Below are positions 1 to 9,279 of a stretch of 45,373 nucleotides of DNA, one piece after another; within the stretch, counting starts at the first letter, position 1; the number at the start of each line of letters is the position of its first letter. This DNA comes from Alphaproteobacteria bacterium. GTDB lineage: Bacteria; Pseudomonadota; Alphaproteobacteria; JBCCNR01. The translations under genes were made by a program, and so were the position numbers. The notes under the pieces are model-generated. The model did no database searches. It was not told the origin of the DNA and saw nothing but the letters and a program-made list of their open reading frames with translations. The stretch is from contig JBLHTX010000002.1 in assembly GCA_047627635.1 (NCBI GenBank), positions 1 to 45,373 of the forward strand, written 5' to 3'.

Positions 1-1
1 A

Positions 2-820
2 GAGCGATGGCTGTTAATTGGCCCCATTCGATTGCAACCCTCAGAATTTGCAAAAATAAGTACAATTCTTGCACTTGGTCGGTTTTTTCATGATGCGTAT
101 AAATTTCGGTTACAGCCAATATATTTCCTGTTCATTCCTGCCTGTATTATTTTTGTACCAATGTTACTTATTCTAAAGCAGCCCGATTTAGGGACATCCT
201 TGTTAATGTGCTTTTGTGGGCTTGTAGTTATGTTTGCGGCAGGGATTAATTATCGTATTTTTCTTGCTGGTATTATCACAACCTTGGCAGCTTTACCGAT
301 TATTTGGACTAATATGAAGTCCTATCAAAAAAATCGGGTCATGACCTTTCTTGACCCCGAAAAAGACCCACTGGGTACGGGATATCATATTTCACAAGCA
401 AAGATTGCCTTTGGTTCTGGTGGCACAACAGGGCGTGGCTTTATGAAGGGGCCACAAGCAATGCTTGAGTTTTTACCTGAACGCCATACCGATTTTGCTT
501 TTACGGCTTATGCTGAACAATTTGGGTTTGTTGGATCACTTTTTTTATTATCTTTATTTGCAATTATCATTATTATTCTAACAAAAATGTGCTTAAAATC
601 ACGTCACATTTTCGGTAAGCTGGTTATCTGTGGTATTAATGCCAATTTATTTTTCTATTTATTTATTAATATGGCTATGGTGATGGGCTTAACGCCTGTT
701 GTTGGGGTTCCTCTACCATTGATTTCTTATGGGGGTTCTGTGATGATTACTATTTTTATAAGTTTTGGAATTGCCCTTAATCTTGAAATTAATGAAAGTC
801 CGACATCAAAATCTCTTTAG
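2..820 (+). CDS. rodA: SEDS peptidoglycan glycosyltransferase RodA (5' partial; the frame is open from the window edge)
   Basis: The frame from nt 2 reads ERWLLIGPIRLQPSEFAKI. Later it contains HISQAKIAFGSGGTTGRGFMKGPQAMLEFLPERHTDFAF, which closely matches the RodA signature (LEFLPERHTDFIF), and the C-terminus is multi-TM. The track's M at nt 32 is an internal TTG. Confidence 0.8.
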   Translation, partial: ERWLLIGPIRLQPSEFAKISTILALGRFFHDAYKFRLQPIYFLFIPACIIFVPMLLILKQPDLGTSLLMCFCGLVVMFAAGINYRIFLAGIITTLAALPIIWTNMKSYQKNRVMTFLDPEKDPLGTGYHISQAKIAFGSGGTTGRGFMKGPQAMLEFLPERHTDFAFTAYAEQFGFVGSLFLLSLFAIIIIILTKMCLKSRHIFGKLVICGINANLFFYLFINMAMVMGLTPVVGVPLPLISYGGSVMITIFISFGIALNLEINESPTSKSL

Positions 821-883
821 ACAAACATCTAAGAATCAGTTTATAATTTGTACTAATCTTTCAAATTATAAATAGGTTTTTCA

Positions 884-3109
884 ATGCTTGCCAAAAATTC
901 TAATTACATAGAGGCCTATGATTATGAATTTACCAAGAAAACCCATGATAAAATTCAAGAAACCGATTACATACGCCTGCTACTACAAGCACCATTTAAT
1001 GCTAAAAAACGTAATTTATTAATTTTTATCAATCAAGAGCCCATATCATATAGCTGTGAAACACTTGAAGCCTTAATAGATTATTTGTTTGAAGAAGACA
1101 GGATAACATGGCAAAATTGCATTGAAGAGGCCTTTACAGCAGGGAATGCGATTAATAAACGCATTAGCAATTTATGGGTATCAGGGCAATCAATGGGCAA
1201 AGCTTATATTGTGACAACCGAGTATCGGGAAGATACCAAAGATGATATTGATTTTTTACAAAAAAGCTTAAAATCTATTTCAGATCGTGCCAAAAAATAT
1301 AAGGAATATTGCGATTTAATTCAAGATCCTTTTTGGGTTCGCGATAAAAACCTTAACTTGTTATATGTTAATAAGGCTTTTTTAGAGATTACAGAATCTT
1401 GTGATATTGAAAATATCCGAAAAAATAATTTATGGTTATGTAATGCTGCAAAATCAAATATTTTAGCGCAGCTTGCCCTTCAAAAAAATGATACACAAAC
1501 AATGGATATTCCATATATCAAACAAGGGAAAACGTTATTTGGTCTTGTCAGTGAAATGCCTATTATTGATGATGAGGGTGCGGTTTTTTTATTCGGTCGC
1601 CTACAAGATAAAACCGCTGAGAAAGCATTAAAGCAGCGCGTTACAAACCTTGAGGCAGGATTAAAGGAAATTTTGACGAATATCTCAATTGCAGCAAGTT
1701 TCTTTGATAATCATCGCCGCTTACGCTTTTATAATCAAGCCTTTATAGATTTATGGGGTTTTACCCCCGATTATTTAGATACTGCCCCAGATCATCTCGA
1801 TATTTTAGATAAATTACACGCTAAAAGACTAATTCCAGAAAGCCGTGATTTCAAGAATTGGAAGAATGAACTTTTTGAACCATATCATGATTTAAAAGCA
1901 TATTATGAGGATATTTGGCACACTCCTCAACAAAAGACAATTAAATGCACAATTTCTGCTTATGCTGACGGCGGTGTTGTTTGCCTACAAGAAGATGTAA
2001 CGGATCATATCGCACTGGAGCAATCTCATACAATTTTATCGCAGAATTTACGCAATACCCTTGATGCCCTTGATGAAGGCATTATTTTATGTGATTCAAA
2101 CGGTAAAATGAAGGTGATTAATCAAAAAATTACTGATATTTTTCAAATTGACATTGAACTCAACAGTCATCTTGTTGCCTTGCATGATGATCTTGTGGAG
2201 GAAAGCGATCTAAGAAACTTTATTCAAAAAATTTATAGCTTTATTCAAAATGGTTTTCCCGATAACGAGAAATATATCCAAGAATGCAATATTAATGATA
2301 CTATGCTGATTGCTTCTGTGGCACGTCTTTCAACCAGTGATATTTTAATTCATATTCGAGATCAAACAGCCTTATTAAATTATCAAAAAATATTGCATTA
2401 TCAAGCAGAAACACTTGAGGAAAACGAGCATATTCGGGATAGTTTCTTTAGGCGTATTTCACATAATTTGCGTGATCCAATGACATCGGTTGCAGGGTTT
2501 GCTGAATTATTACAAACAGAAATTTTTGGCACATTAAACGATAAGCAGCGTGAATATATTGCTGATATGCGTTATTCGATTGATGATTTATTGCGGTTGA
2601 CTGATAATCTGGCTGACCTAGTAAGGCTTGATACGCAGACTTTAAATGACTTTGAAAAAATATCCTTACAAGAGACTGTCATAAGTGCCATTGAAGCGAT
2701 GCAAAATGAGGCTTTTTCTCGTAAGATTACTTTGAAGCGTGACCTTGACGAAGATTTTACAATTTATGGCGATCAAACATTGTTACGCCAATCTTTTATT
2801 CAATTGCTTGAAAATGCAATTATGGTTACGCCTAGGGGAGGGGAAATTACGATTGCAATGAGACAAGATAATACGCATATTATTGCTGAAATTATTGATC
2901 AGGGTGTTGGCATGACCGATAGTTTGATTGACGCAATTACCGCACAAAAAATTACAGATATTAAAGGCTATGGCTTGCGTTATGTTTTGCGTGTTGCAGG
3001 ACTGCATAACGGATTATGTTATGCTAATCTTATAAAAGAAGCCGATCAAGCACCCTCGGGGACTTGTATTCAAATGTGTTTTAAATTAAATAAGACCCAT
3101 GATTTATAA
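884..3109 (+). CDS. Cytoplasmic multi-PAS sensor histidine kinase
   Basis: No TM segments. H-box FFRRISHNLRDPMTSVAGF, N-box LENAIMVTPRGG, G1 DQGVGM, G2 GYGL. Its last 11 nt overlap the tsaE start. Confidence 0.8.
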   Translation: MLAKNSNYIEAYDYEFTKKTHDKIQETDYIRLLLQAPFNAKKRNLLIFINQEPISYSCETLEALIDYLFEEDRITWQNCIEEAFTAGNAINKRISNLWVSGQSMGKAYIVTTEYREDTKDDIDFLQKSLKSISDRAKKYKEYCDLIQDPFWVRDKNLNLLYVNKAFLEITESCDIENIRKNNLWLCNAAKSNILAQLALQKNDTQTMDIPYIKQGKTLFGLVSEMPIIDDEGAVFLFGRLQDKTAEKALKQRVTNLEAGLKEILTNISIAASFFDNHRRLRFYNQAFIDLWGFTPDYLDTAPDHLDILDKLHAKRLIPESRDFKNWKNELFEPYHDLKAYYEDIWHTPQQKTIKCTISAYADGGVVCLQEDVTDHIALEQSHTILSQNLRNTLDALDEGIILCDSNGKMKVINQKITDIFQIDIELNSHLVALHDDLVEESDLRNFIQKIYSFIQNGFPDNEKYIQECNINDTMLIASVARLSTSDILIHIRDQTALLNYQKILHYQAETLEENEHIRDSFFRRISHNLRDPMTSVAGFAELLQTEIFGTLNDKQREYIADMRYSIDDLLRLTDNLADLVRLDTQTLNDFEKISLQETVISAIEAMQNEAFSRKITLKRDLDEDFTIYGDQTLLRQSFIQLLENAIMVTPRGGEITIAMRQDNTHIIAEIIDQGVGMTDSLIDAITAQKITDIKGYGLRYVLRVAGLHNGLCYANLIKEADQAPSGTCIQMCFKLNKTHDL

Positions 3110-3575
3110 AATACCACTTTACACGCTTGATGACACACAAGGCGTTGCTATGGCCTTGATTGATGATTTCCCTCAATTGGGGATTGCAACATTTTCAGGA
3201 AAAATGGGGGCAGGGAAGACAACTTTTATCTCCTATTTTATTCAGGCATTATACAAGAAATATGGACAAATACCCCCAATTGTTACAAGTCCAACTTTTG
3301 CAATTATCCATGAATATGATGTTGCTGATTTCAAGATTGCCCATTTTGATTTATTTCGTCTTGAAAATCCGCATGATCTTATTAATATTGGATTTGATGA
3401 TTATCAAGAGAACGCATTATGTTTGATTGAGTGGGCTGAAAATGCTGAGCAATATCTTGATAAACCATTTTTAGAATGTCACTTTGAGGTAAAAAATGAC
3501 ATACGTTACTTGACGTTAACCCCTTATCAGGATTATAGCTTAGATAATCAAAAATTTGATCAGTTTATGCAATAA
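3099..3575 (+). CDS. tsaE: tRNA t6A37 biosynthesis ATPase TsaE (YjeE)
   Basis: Walker A FSGKMGAGKTTF, about 158 aa, TSPTFAIIHEY motif typical of TsaE. Confidence 0.85.
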   Translation: MIYKIPLYTLDDTQGVAMALIDDFPQLGIATFSGKMGAGKTTFISYFIQALYKKYGQIPPIVTSPTFAIIHEYDVADFKIAHFDLFRLENPHDLINIGFDDYQENALCLIEWAENAEQYLDKPFLECHFEVKNDIRYLTLTPYQDYSLDNQKFDQFMQ

Positions 3576-3603
3576 ATATGCACATAAAATAAAGGATATA
3601 AAC

Positions 3604-4650
3604 ATGCAAGATGCTAGTCCAGAAAATTCAGAACGCAAAGCATTGTTTGAGCAATTTTTAAAACAAAATGGCTATAAATTAAGTGACCTTGTTGCCTTAA
3701 AGGGGGATGCCTCTCGAAGACGATTTTATCGCCATACTCATAATAAAAAATCAGTCATAATCATTGATGCAAATCCTGATACCGGAGAAGAGCCAAATGC
3801 TTATGCTGCCGTTACATTGTTACTAGAGAAGCACCATTTTTCTGTGCCCTCTATCCATGCAAGCAATACCCAGAATGGTTTTTTTATTGTTGAAGATTTT
3901 GGTGACACTTTATATGCTACCGCTATTAACAATGCAACTGCCGATCAGAATGTGCTATATAAAAATGCGCTCGATTTGCTGGTAAGTTTACAAGCAATTC
4001 ACATTGATCCAGTGCTATCTTATGGCGATGGTACTTATAAATTGCAAGATTATGATATTAATCGGCTTATTTCGGAAATAAAAATCTTTACGGACTGGTA
4101 TTTCCCTGAAATTACAAAGCGCCCAACTCCTTCAGCCGCCAAAAACGAGCTTAATACAATTTTTCGTGGCTTATTGTTACCCGTCATTCATGAATCTTCA
4201 TGTTTGGTCTTGCGTGATTATCATGGTGAAAATTTAATGGTACTTGAAGATCGTACCGCCCTTCAATCAGTTGGTTTACTCGATTATCAAGATGCGGTTA
4301 TTGGAAATCGTGCCTATGATGTTGTATCATTACTTCAGGATGCACGCCGTGATATTGCACCTGAATTTGAAAAATCGATGCTTGATTATTATCTATCGAC
4401 TGTTAATTTAGATAATCCAAATGATTTTATGCGTGATTATTATATTCTTGGTGCACAGCGTAGCTTGAAAATTCTTGGTATCTTTACGCGTCTATGGATT
4501 CGTGACAACAAGGAACATTATTTGCCCCACATGCAGCGTGTATGGCAATATTTAGAGCGTGATTTAGCTCAGCCACAATTAAAACCTCTTAAAGATTGGT
4601 TTGATCGTTGGCTGCCAGCATCATTACGTTTCGAGATTAAAGTTGCCTAA
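3604..4650 (+). CDS. amgK: APH-family sugar kinase, AmgK-like (anomeric MurNAc/GlcNAc kinase)
   Basis: Motifs LRDYHGENLMV and LLDYQDAVIGNRAYDVVSLLQDARRD (Brenner/DxD motifs of the AmgK clade). I chose the ATG at 3604 because it follows AAGGA; the track start at 3556 overlaps tsaE. It lies directly upstream of a MurU-like gene. Confidence 0.65.
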   Translation: MQDASPENSERKALFEQFLKQNGYKLSDLVALKGDASRRRFYRHTHNKKSVIIIDANPDTGEEPNAYAAVTLLLEKHHFSVPSIHASNTQNGFFIVEDFGDTLYATAINNATADQNVLYKNALDLLVSLQAIHIDPVLSYGDGTYKLQDYDINRLISEIKIFTDWYFPEITKRPTPSAAKNELNTIFRGLLLPVIHESSCLVLRDYHGENLMVLEDRTALQSVGLLDYQDAVIGNRAYDVVSLLQDARRDIAPEFEKSMLDYYLSTVNLDNPNDFMRDYYILGAQRSLKILGIFTRLWIRDNKEHYLPHMQRVWQYLERDLAQPQLKPLKDWFDRWLPASLRFEIKVA

Positions 4651-4695
4651 GGCTTATGCCTTTTTATATTATCTACTTATAATAAGTACAAAGCT

Positions 4696-5391
4696 ATGTT
4701 GAAAACTTGTATTATTCTTGCCGCTGGTCTTGGGACGCGTATGCGCCCCTTGACGGATGATCGGCCTAAGCCAATGGTAACAATATATGGTAGGCCATTA
4801 ATCGCCTATGTTATTGATATGTGCCTAGAGGCTGGTATTGAGCAAATTATTATGAATTTTCATTATAAGCCGCAACCCCTCAAGGATTATATTAAAGCCT
4901 ATTATGCTGATCATGTAATTTTGTCAGACGAGCAAGATTTATTACTCGATTCAGGTGGTGGGGTTTTAAAGGCATTAGAGCACACAAATGCGTCAGAGTT
5001 TTTCGTCATTAATGCCGATTGTATATGGCACAACATCCATAATAACGCTTTGAAACAGCTTTATCATGCGTATAATCCAAGCCAATTTGATGTTTTTAAG
5101 CTTTTATGTAACCCGACTTCTGCAATTGGTTTTGATGGAAAGCCAATTTATTGCCTTGATTCTTTGGGGCATATTCATAAAAATAACGATTTAACGCATG
5201 AATTTACAGGGATTCAAATTCTTAAACGAAGTCTTTTTGATGGCTATGCTATTGAGCCTTTTTCTGTTCGGCATATTTGGCAAAAAGCTTTTGATGAAAA
5301 GCGTATTGGCGGCACAGAGTTTGAGGGGCAGTGGCTTCATATTGGTACACCTCAAGCAGTGATTGATACAGAAGCTTATTTTAAAAGTTAA
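4696..5391 (+). CDS. murU: Sugar-1-phosphate nucleotidyltransferase, MurU-like (MurNAc-1-P uridylyltransferase)
   Basis: N-terminal ILAAGLGTRMRPLTDDRPKPMV nucleotidyltransferase signature, about 230 aa, paired with the amgK-like gene. Confidence 0.65.
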   Translation: MLKTCIILAAGLGTRMRPLTDDRPKPMVTIYGRPLIAYVIDMCLEAGIEQIIMNFHYKPQPLKDYIKAYYADHVILSDEQDLLLDSGGGVLKALEHTNASEFFVINADCIWHNIHNNALKQLYHAYNPSQFDVFKLLCNPTSAIGFDGKPIYCLDSLGHIHKNNDLTHEFTGIQILKRSLFDGYAIEPFSVRHIWQKAFDEKRIGGTEFEGQWLHIGTPQAVIDTEAYFKS

Positions 5392-6263
5392 ACCAAAGAA
5401 ACAAAGTCAAATGCAATATCAGCATTAGGTGCTGAATGCGTTAGGCCACCAACAGAGATAATATCAACGCCTGTTTTTGCAATATCACCAATTGTTTTTA
5501 AAGTTACGCCGCCTGATGCCTCAAGAATAATGCCGCTTTTTATGCGTTCTTCCGAGCGATAATCTACGCATTGTGATAATTGACTAGGGGTCATATTATC
5601 AAGCATAATAATATCGGCACGACAGGAAAAGGCTTCGGTAAATTGTTGATATGTATCGCATTCAATTTCAATTTTTGTTGTATGACCAATCGATTGACGG
5701 GCATTATCAATTGCCTGTTTTACAGAGCCACAAACACCAATATGATTGTCTTTGATTAAAACAGCATCATCAAGACCACTACGGTGCGTTTTACCGCCGC
5801 CACATCGTACGGCATATTTTTGTGCAGTGCGTAAATTTGGCAATGTTTTGCGTGTGCAGGTTACTTTTGCAGCTGTATTTTGAATTGCGTATGCAAAGGC
5901 TTGTGTCATGGTTGCAATGCCTGATAAATGCCCAATAAAGTTAAGGGCCACACGCTCGGCTGACATGATTGAGCGTGCCTTGCCTGATATTTTTGCAATT
6001 ATATCGCCTTTTTTAATGTGCATACCATCGGACACCACAGATTCAATATTAAGTGTTGGATCAATAATATTTATGGCACATAACGCCCAAGCCAAACCAG
6101 AGACTGTTAAATTTTGCCGTGCGACCATATTAACGATAGCGTGTGTTTTTTCAGGTAACACTGTTTGCGAGGTTAAATCGAATCCATGGCCGAAATCCTC
6201 GAATAAAGCTTGTTTAACTTGGGATTCAATATAAAAATGAGGAGGACAATAAAAATCACGCAT
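5388..6263 (-). CDS. nadC: Nicotinate-nucleotide pyrophosphorylase (quinolinate phosphoribosyltransferase)
   Basis: TRKTLPNLRTAQKYAVRCGGGKTHRSGLDDAVLIKDNH and MLDNM motifs; typical length of 291 aa. Confidence 0.9.
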   Translation of the reverse strand: MRDFYCPPHFYIESQVKQALFEDFGHGFDLTSQTVLPEKTHAIVNMVARQNLTVSGLAWALCAINIIDPTLNIESVVSDGMHIKKGDIIAKISGKARSIMSAERVALNFIGHLSGIATMTQAFAYAIQNTAAKVTCTRKTLPNLRTAQKYAVRCGGGKTHRSGLDDAVLIKDNHIGVCGSVKQAIDNARQSIGHTTKIEIECDTYQQFTEAFSCRADIIMLDNMTPSQLSQCVDYRSEERIKSGIILEASGGVTLKTIGDIAKTGVDIISVGGLTHSAPNADIAFDFVSLV

Positions 6264-6363
6264 AACGAACCTTACGAAATAAATTCACATTCAAGCTTTT
6301 AATCTTTATAATATAATTTATCGATAAAAGAAACTCATATAATATAAACAAGGAATTTTAATA

Positions 6364-6660
6364 ATGACGGCATTAATTTTTTTAATCCAAGCAATCAGTA
6401 AGCTTATTTTCTGGATTGTTATTGGTCATGTAATTTTAAGTTGGTTAATTTCATTTAATATTGTGAATATGAATAATCAATTTGTCTATCAGCTTTACAC
6501 AAATTTAGATCGCTTGCTTGAGCCGATGTTAAAACCTATTCGATCAATTTTACCAAGCATGGGAGGACTTGATTTGTCACCAATTTTGCTTTTGATTGGC
6601 GTACAATTTATGGAAATTCTATTGTTAGGTACTGTTGTACCAGCTTTATTTGGATATTAA
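6364..6660 (+). CDS. YggT-family membrane protein
   Basis: 98 aa, two hydrophobic helices, ILSWL...LEPMLKPIR...GGLDLSPILLL pattern of YggT. Confidence 0.75.
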   Translation: MTALIFLIQAISKLIFWIVIGHVILSWLISFNIVNMNNQFVYQLYTNLDRLLEPMLKPIRSILPSMGGLDLSPILLLIGVQFMEILLLGTVVPALFGY

Positions 6661-6665
6661 AAAAG

Positions 6666-6696
6666 CCTCCTCTCTGATTTTAATATAGAGAGGAGG
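6666..6696. terminator. Bidirectional intrinsic terminator between convergent yggT and sciP
   Basis: Perfect 10-bp stem CCTCCTCTCT/AGAGAGGAGG with an 11-nt loop. It is flanked by AAAA on the left and GGTTTATT on the right, so either strand reads a T-rich tail after the stem. Confidence 0.6.
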
Positions 6697-6702
6697 GGTT
6701 TA

Positions 6703-6993
6703 TTAGGCCGATTTTTGACGTCTACGATAATGCCTGGTCCGCGTTGTTCGCAGTCCTGCAATACCATATTCATTGATCATGGCTAACCACGATTCAAATT
6801 CTTCCAAAGTCAAGTTATAATACTCTATTGCTTGCTCTTGGGACAAAAGACCGCCCCTGATTGCTGCAATGACTTCGGCTTTGCGACGTACAACCCATCG
6901 GGTTGTATCCGCTGGCGGTAAATCCGCTAATGTGAGCTTTCTGCCATCGGGACCAATAATATGATTGGTCGTTTGTTCAGTATGATTTGCCAA
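6703..6993 (-). CDS. sciP: DUF1153 / SciP-family small transcriptional regulator (CtrA inhibitor family)
   Basis: 96 aa. IGPDGRKLTLADLPPADTTRWVVRRKAEVIAAIRGGLLSQEQAIEYYNLTLEEFESWL...GLRTTR matches the conserved core I recall for Caulobacter SciP/DUF1153. Confidence 0.7.
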   Translation of the reverse strand: MANHTEQTTNHIIGPDGRKLTLADLPPADTTRWVVRRKAEVIAAIRGGLLSQEQAIEYYNLTLEEFESWLAMINEYGIAGLRTTRTRHYRRRQKSA

Positions 6994-7125
6994 GGAACCC
7001 TCCTTTAGCTTGCTAGTAAGTATGAATTTATTACTATAAAGGCTAAAAGATAATATTCCTTGAATTATAGGTAAAATTTAAAACAATTTGCATTGATTTA
7101 AATATGGTACTGAAAGAGTGATATT

Positions 7126-8796
7126 TTAAATCACGCCACGTCTTTTATCAAGTGCAGCTTTGACGAACGAAACAAACAAAGGATGCGGCTCGAAGGGGCG
7201 TGATTTAAGCTCAGGATGAAATTGTACAGCAATAAACCATGGATGGTCATGACGTTCAATAATTTCAGGCAATAAGCCATCTGGCGACATACCTGTCATT
7301 AACAAGCCTGCTTTTTCAAGTGTTTCACGATAGTGAATATTGACTTCATAACGATGGCGATGACGCTCTGTGATTGTTTGTGTGCCATAAATATCAGCAA
7401 CCATTGAGTTTTCCAATAGGGTTGCCTCATAGGCCCCAAGTCGCATTGTACCACCAAGGTCACCATCAATTTTGCGTGTCTGTATATCGCTTGTATCAGA
7501 TGCACTGGATGACCATTGTGTCATAAGACCAATTAAGGGAATAGCACATTCTGCAAATTCTGTTGAGCTTGCTCCATCAAGATGCGCCAAGTGACGTGCT
7601 GTTTCGATTACGGCCATTTGCATACCGAAGCAGATACCAAAATAGGGAATGTTTTTTTCACGGGCATATTGAACTGCGGCAATTTTGCCTTCTGATCCAC
7701 GTTCACCAAATCCACCAGGAACCAGAATTGCATCGGCGGCACTGAAAATATAATCGAGTGATTGCTCTTTTGCTTCAACTTGTTCGGCATCAATCCAATT
7801 TAAATTTAATCGGACGTTATTTTGAATGCCACCGTGAATAAGTGCCTCTTGTAGGGATTTATAAGCATCAAGCAAGCCTGTATATTTGCCAACAATTGCA
7901 ATATTGACTTCGCCTTCGGCAGGACGCATGAAACGGTCAACTAAGCGTCTCCAGCCTGTTAAGTCAGGAATATTATCGGTTGGTAGCTTAAAGTGCCGTA
8001 AGACCTCACGGTCAAAGCCTTGCTCGTAATATGCAAGAGGTACTTCATAGATAGTACGCACATCACGGGCTTCAATAACTGCAGTTTCGGGTACATTACA
8101 AAATAAAGCAATTTTACGACGTTCCTCAGAGGGGATAGAACGATCGCAGCGGCATAATAATAAATGAGGCTGAATGCCGATTGAGCGTAATTCTTTGACG
8201 GAATGCTGGGTTGGCTTGGTTTTTAATTCACCTGCTGACGGAATATAAGGCAGTAATGTAAGATGAATAAACATAACATTGTCACGGTCTTCTTGGGCTT
8301 TTTGACGGATGGCTTCCATAAAGGGAAGTCCTTCAATATCGCCAACAGTGCCGCCAATTTCACAGATCATAAAATCACTATCGCCATCATTGACAGCAAT
8401 AAAATCTTTAATCATATCGGTTACATGAGGAATAACTTGTACTGTGCCGCCAAGATAATCGCCCCGACGTTCCTTGTTAAGGACTTTTTGAAAAACACGC
8501 CCTGAAGTAATTGCATCTGATTGGCCGAGGGATACCCCTGTAAAACGCTCATAATGCCCAAGATCAAGATCGGTTTCTGCGCCATCATCGGTTACAAAAA
8601 CCTCACCATGCTGAAAGGGACTCATTGTGCCAGGATCAACATTTAAATAGGGGTCAAGTTTACGTAAACGTACAGAAAAACCACGTGCTTGCAATAATGC
8701 CGCAAGAGAGGAGGCCGCAATTCCTTTTCCAAGTGATGAGACAACACCGCCAGTAATAAAAATATATCGTGTTTTTTTAGCTTCAAGCTCAGCCAT
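7126..8796 (-). CDS. pyrG: CTP synthase
   Basis: N-terminal [17 protein letters not shown] and the glutamine amidotransferase GICFGMQ / HRHRYEVN motifs; 556 aa. Confidence 0.95.
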   Translation of the reverse strand: MAELEAKKTRYIFITGGVVSSLGKGIAASSLAALLQARGFSVRLRKLDPYLNVDPGTMSPFQHGEVFVTDDGAETDLDLGHYERFTGVSLGQSDAITSGRVFQKVLNKERRGDYLGGTVQVIPHVTDMIKDFIAVNDGDSDFMICEIGGTVGDIEGLPFMEAIRQKAQEDRDNVMFIHLTLLPYIPSAGELKTKPTQHSVKELRSIGIQPHLLLCRCDRSIPSEERRKIALFCNVPETAVIEARDVRTIYEVPLAYYEQGFDREVLRHFKLPTDNIPDLTGWRRLVDRFMRPAEGEVNIAIVGKYTGLLDAYKSLQEALIHGGIQNNVRLNLNWIDAEQVEAKEQSLDYIFSAADAILVPGGFGERGSEGKIAAVQYAREKNIPYFGICFGMQMAVIETARHLAHLDGASSTEFAECAIPLIGLMTQWSSSASDTSDIQTRKIDGDLGGTMRLGAYEATLLENSMVADIYGTQTITERHRHRYEVNIHYRETLEKAGLLMTGMSPDGLLPEIIERHDHPWFIAVQFHPELKSRPFEPHPLFVSFVKAALDKRRGVI

Positions 8797-8881
8797 AGTG
8801 TTTAAATGCCTTTAAATAAATTTTTGGAAATAAATAAGTGTTTGGAAATAAAAATTTTAAAAAAATAAATGTTTAATTATA

Positions 8882-9211
8882 TTATTCTGCAATCGGGGCT
8901 TCGGTTGTGAAGTCTGGATTTTGTGCATCTACTTTTTTGGCTTTTTCCTCTAGGTTGGTATTTTCGATGATTGCGTCAATGTCAGCAGTTCCTTTATATT
9001 GATAAAGCGTAAGATAATTAATCATCAGTGTGACAGAGAAAAATGAGATCACAATCCCTGCTAGGACTTTATCAAAGGTTTCAAATCGGGGGCCACCAAC
9101 TGTTGTTGGGGTTGCTTCGCCAATGAAGCCATCACTACCACGGTGCAAAAAGACTCCGCCAATGATTAAAATTGCCAAAATAATATCTAATGCAATTAGA
9201 AAATTAATCAT
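8882..9211 (-). CDS. secG: Preprotein translocase subunit SecG
   Basis: 109 aa, two TM helices, lies upstream of pyrG (conserved secG-pyrG order). Confidence 0.8.
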   Translation of the reverse strand: MINFLIALDIILAILIIGGVFLHRGSDGFIGEATPTTVGGPRFETFDKVLAGIVISFFSVTLMINYLTLYQYKGTADIDAIIENTNLEEKAKKVDAQNPDFTTEAPIAE

Positions 9212-9279
9212 GATAAAATACCTTTTATAATTTTATTCTTTTTAGGCAATTTATTAGAAAATGTCCATAAAAATATGTT

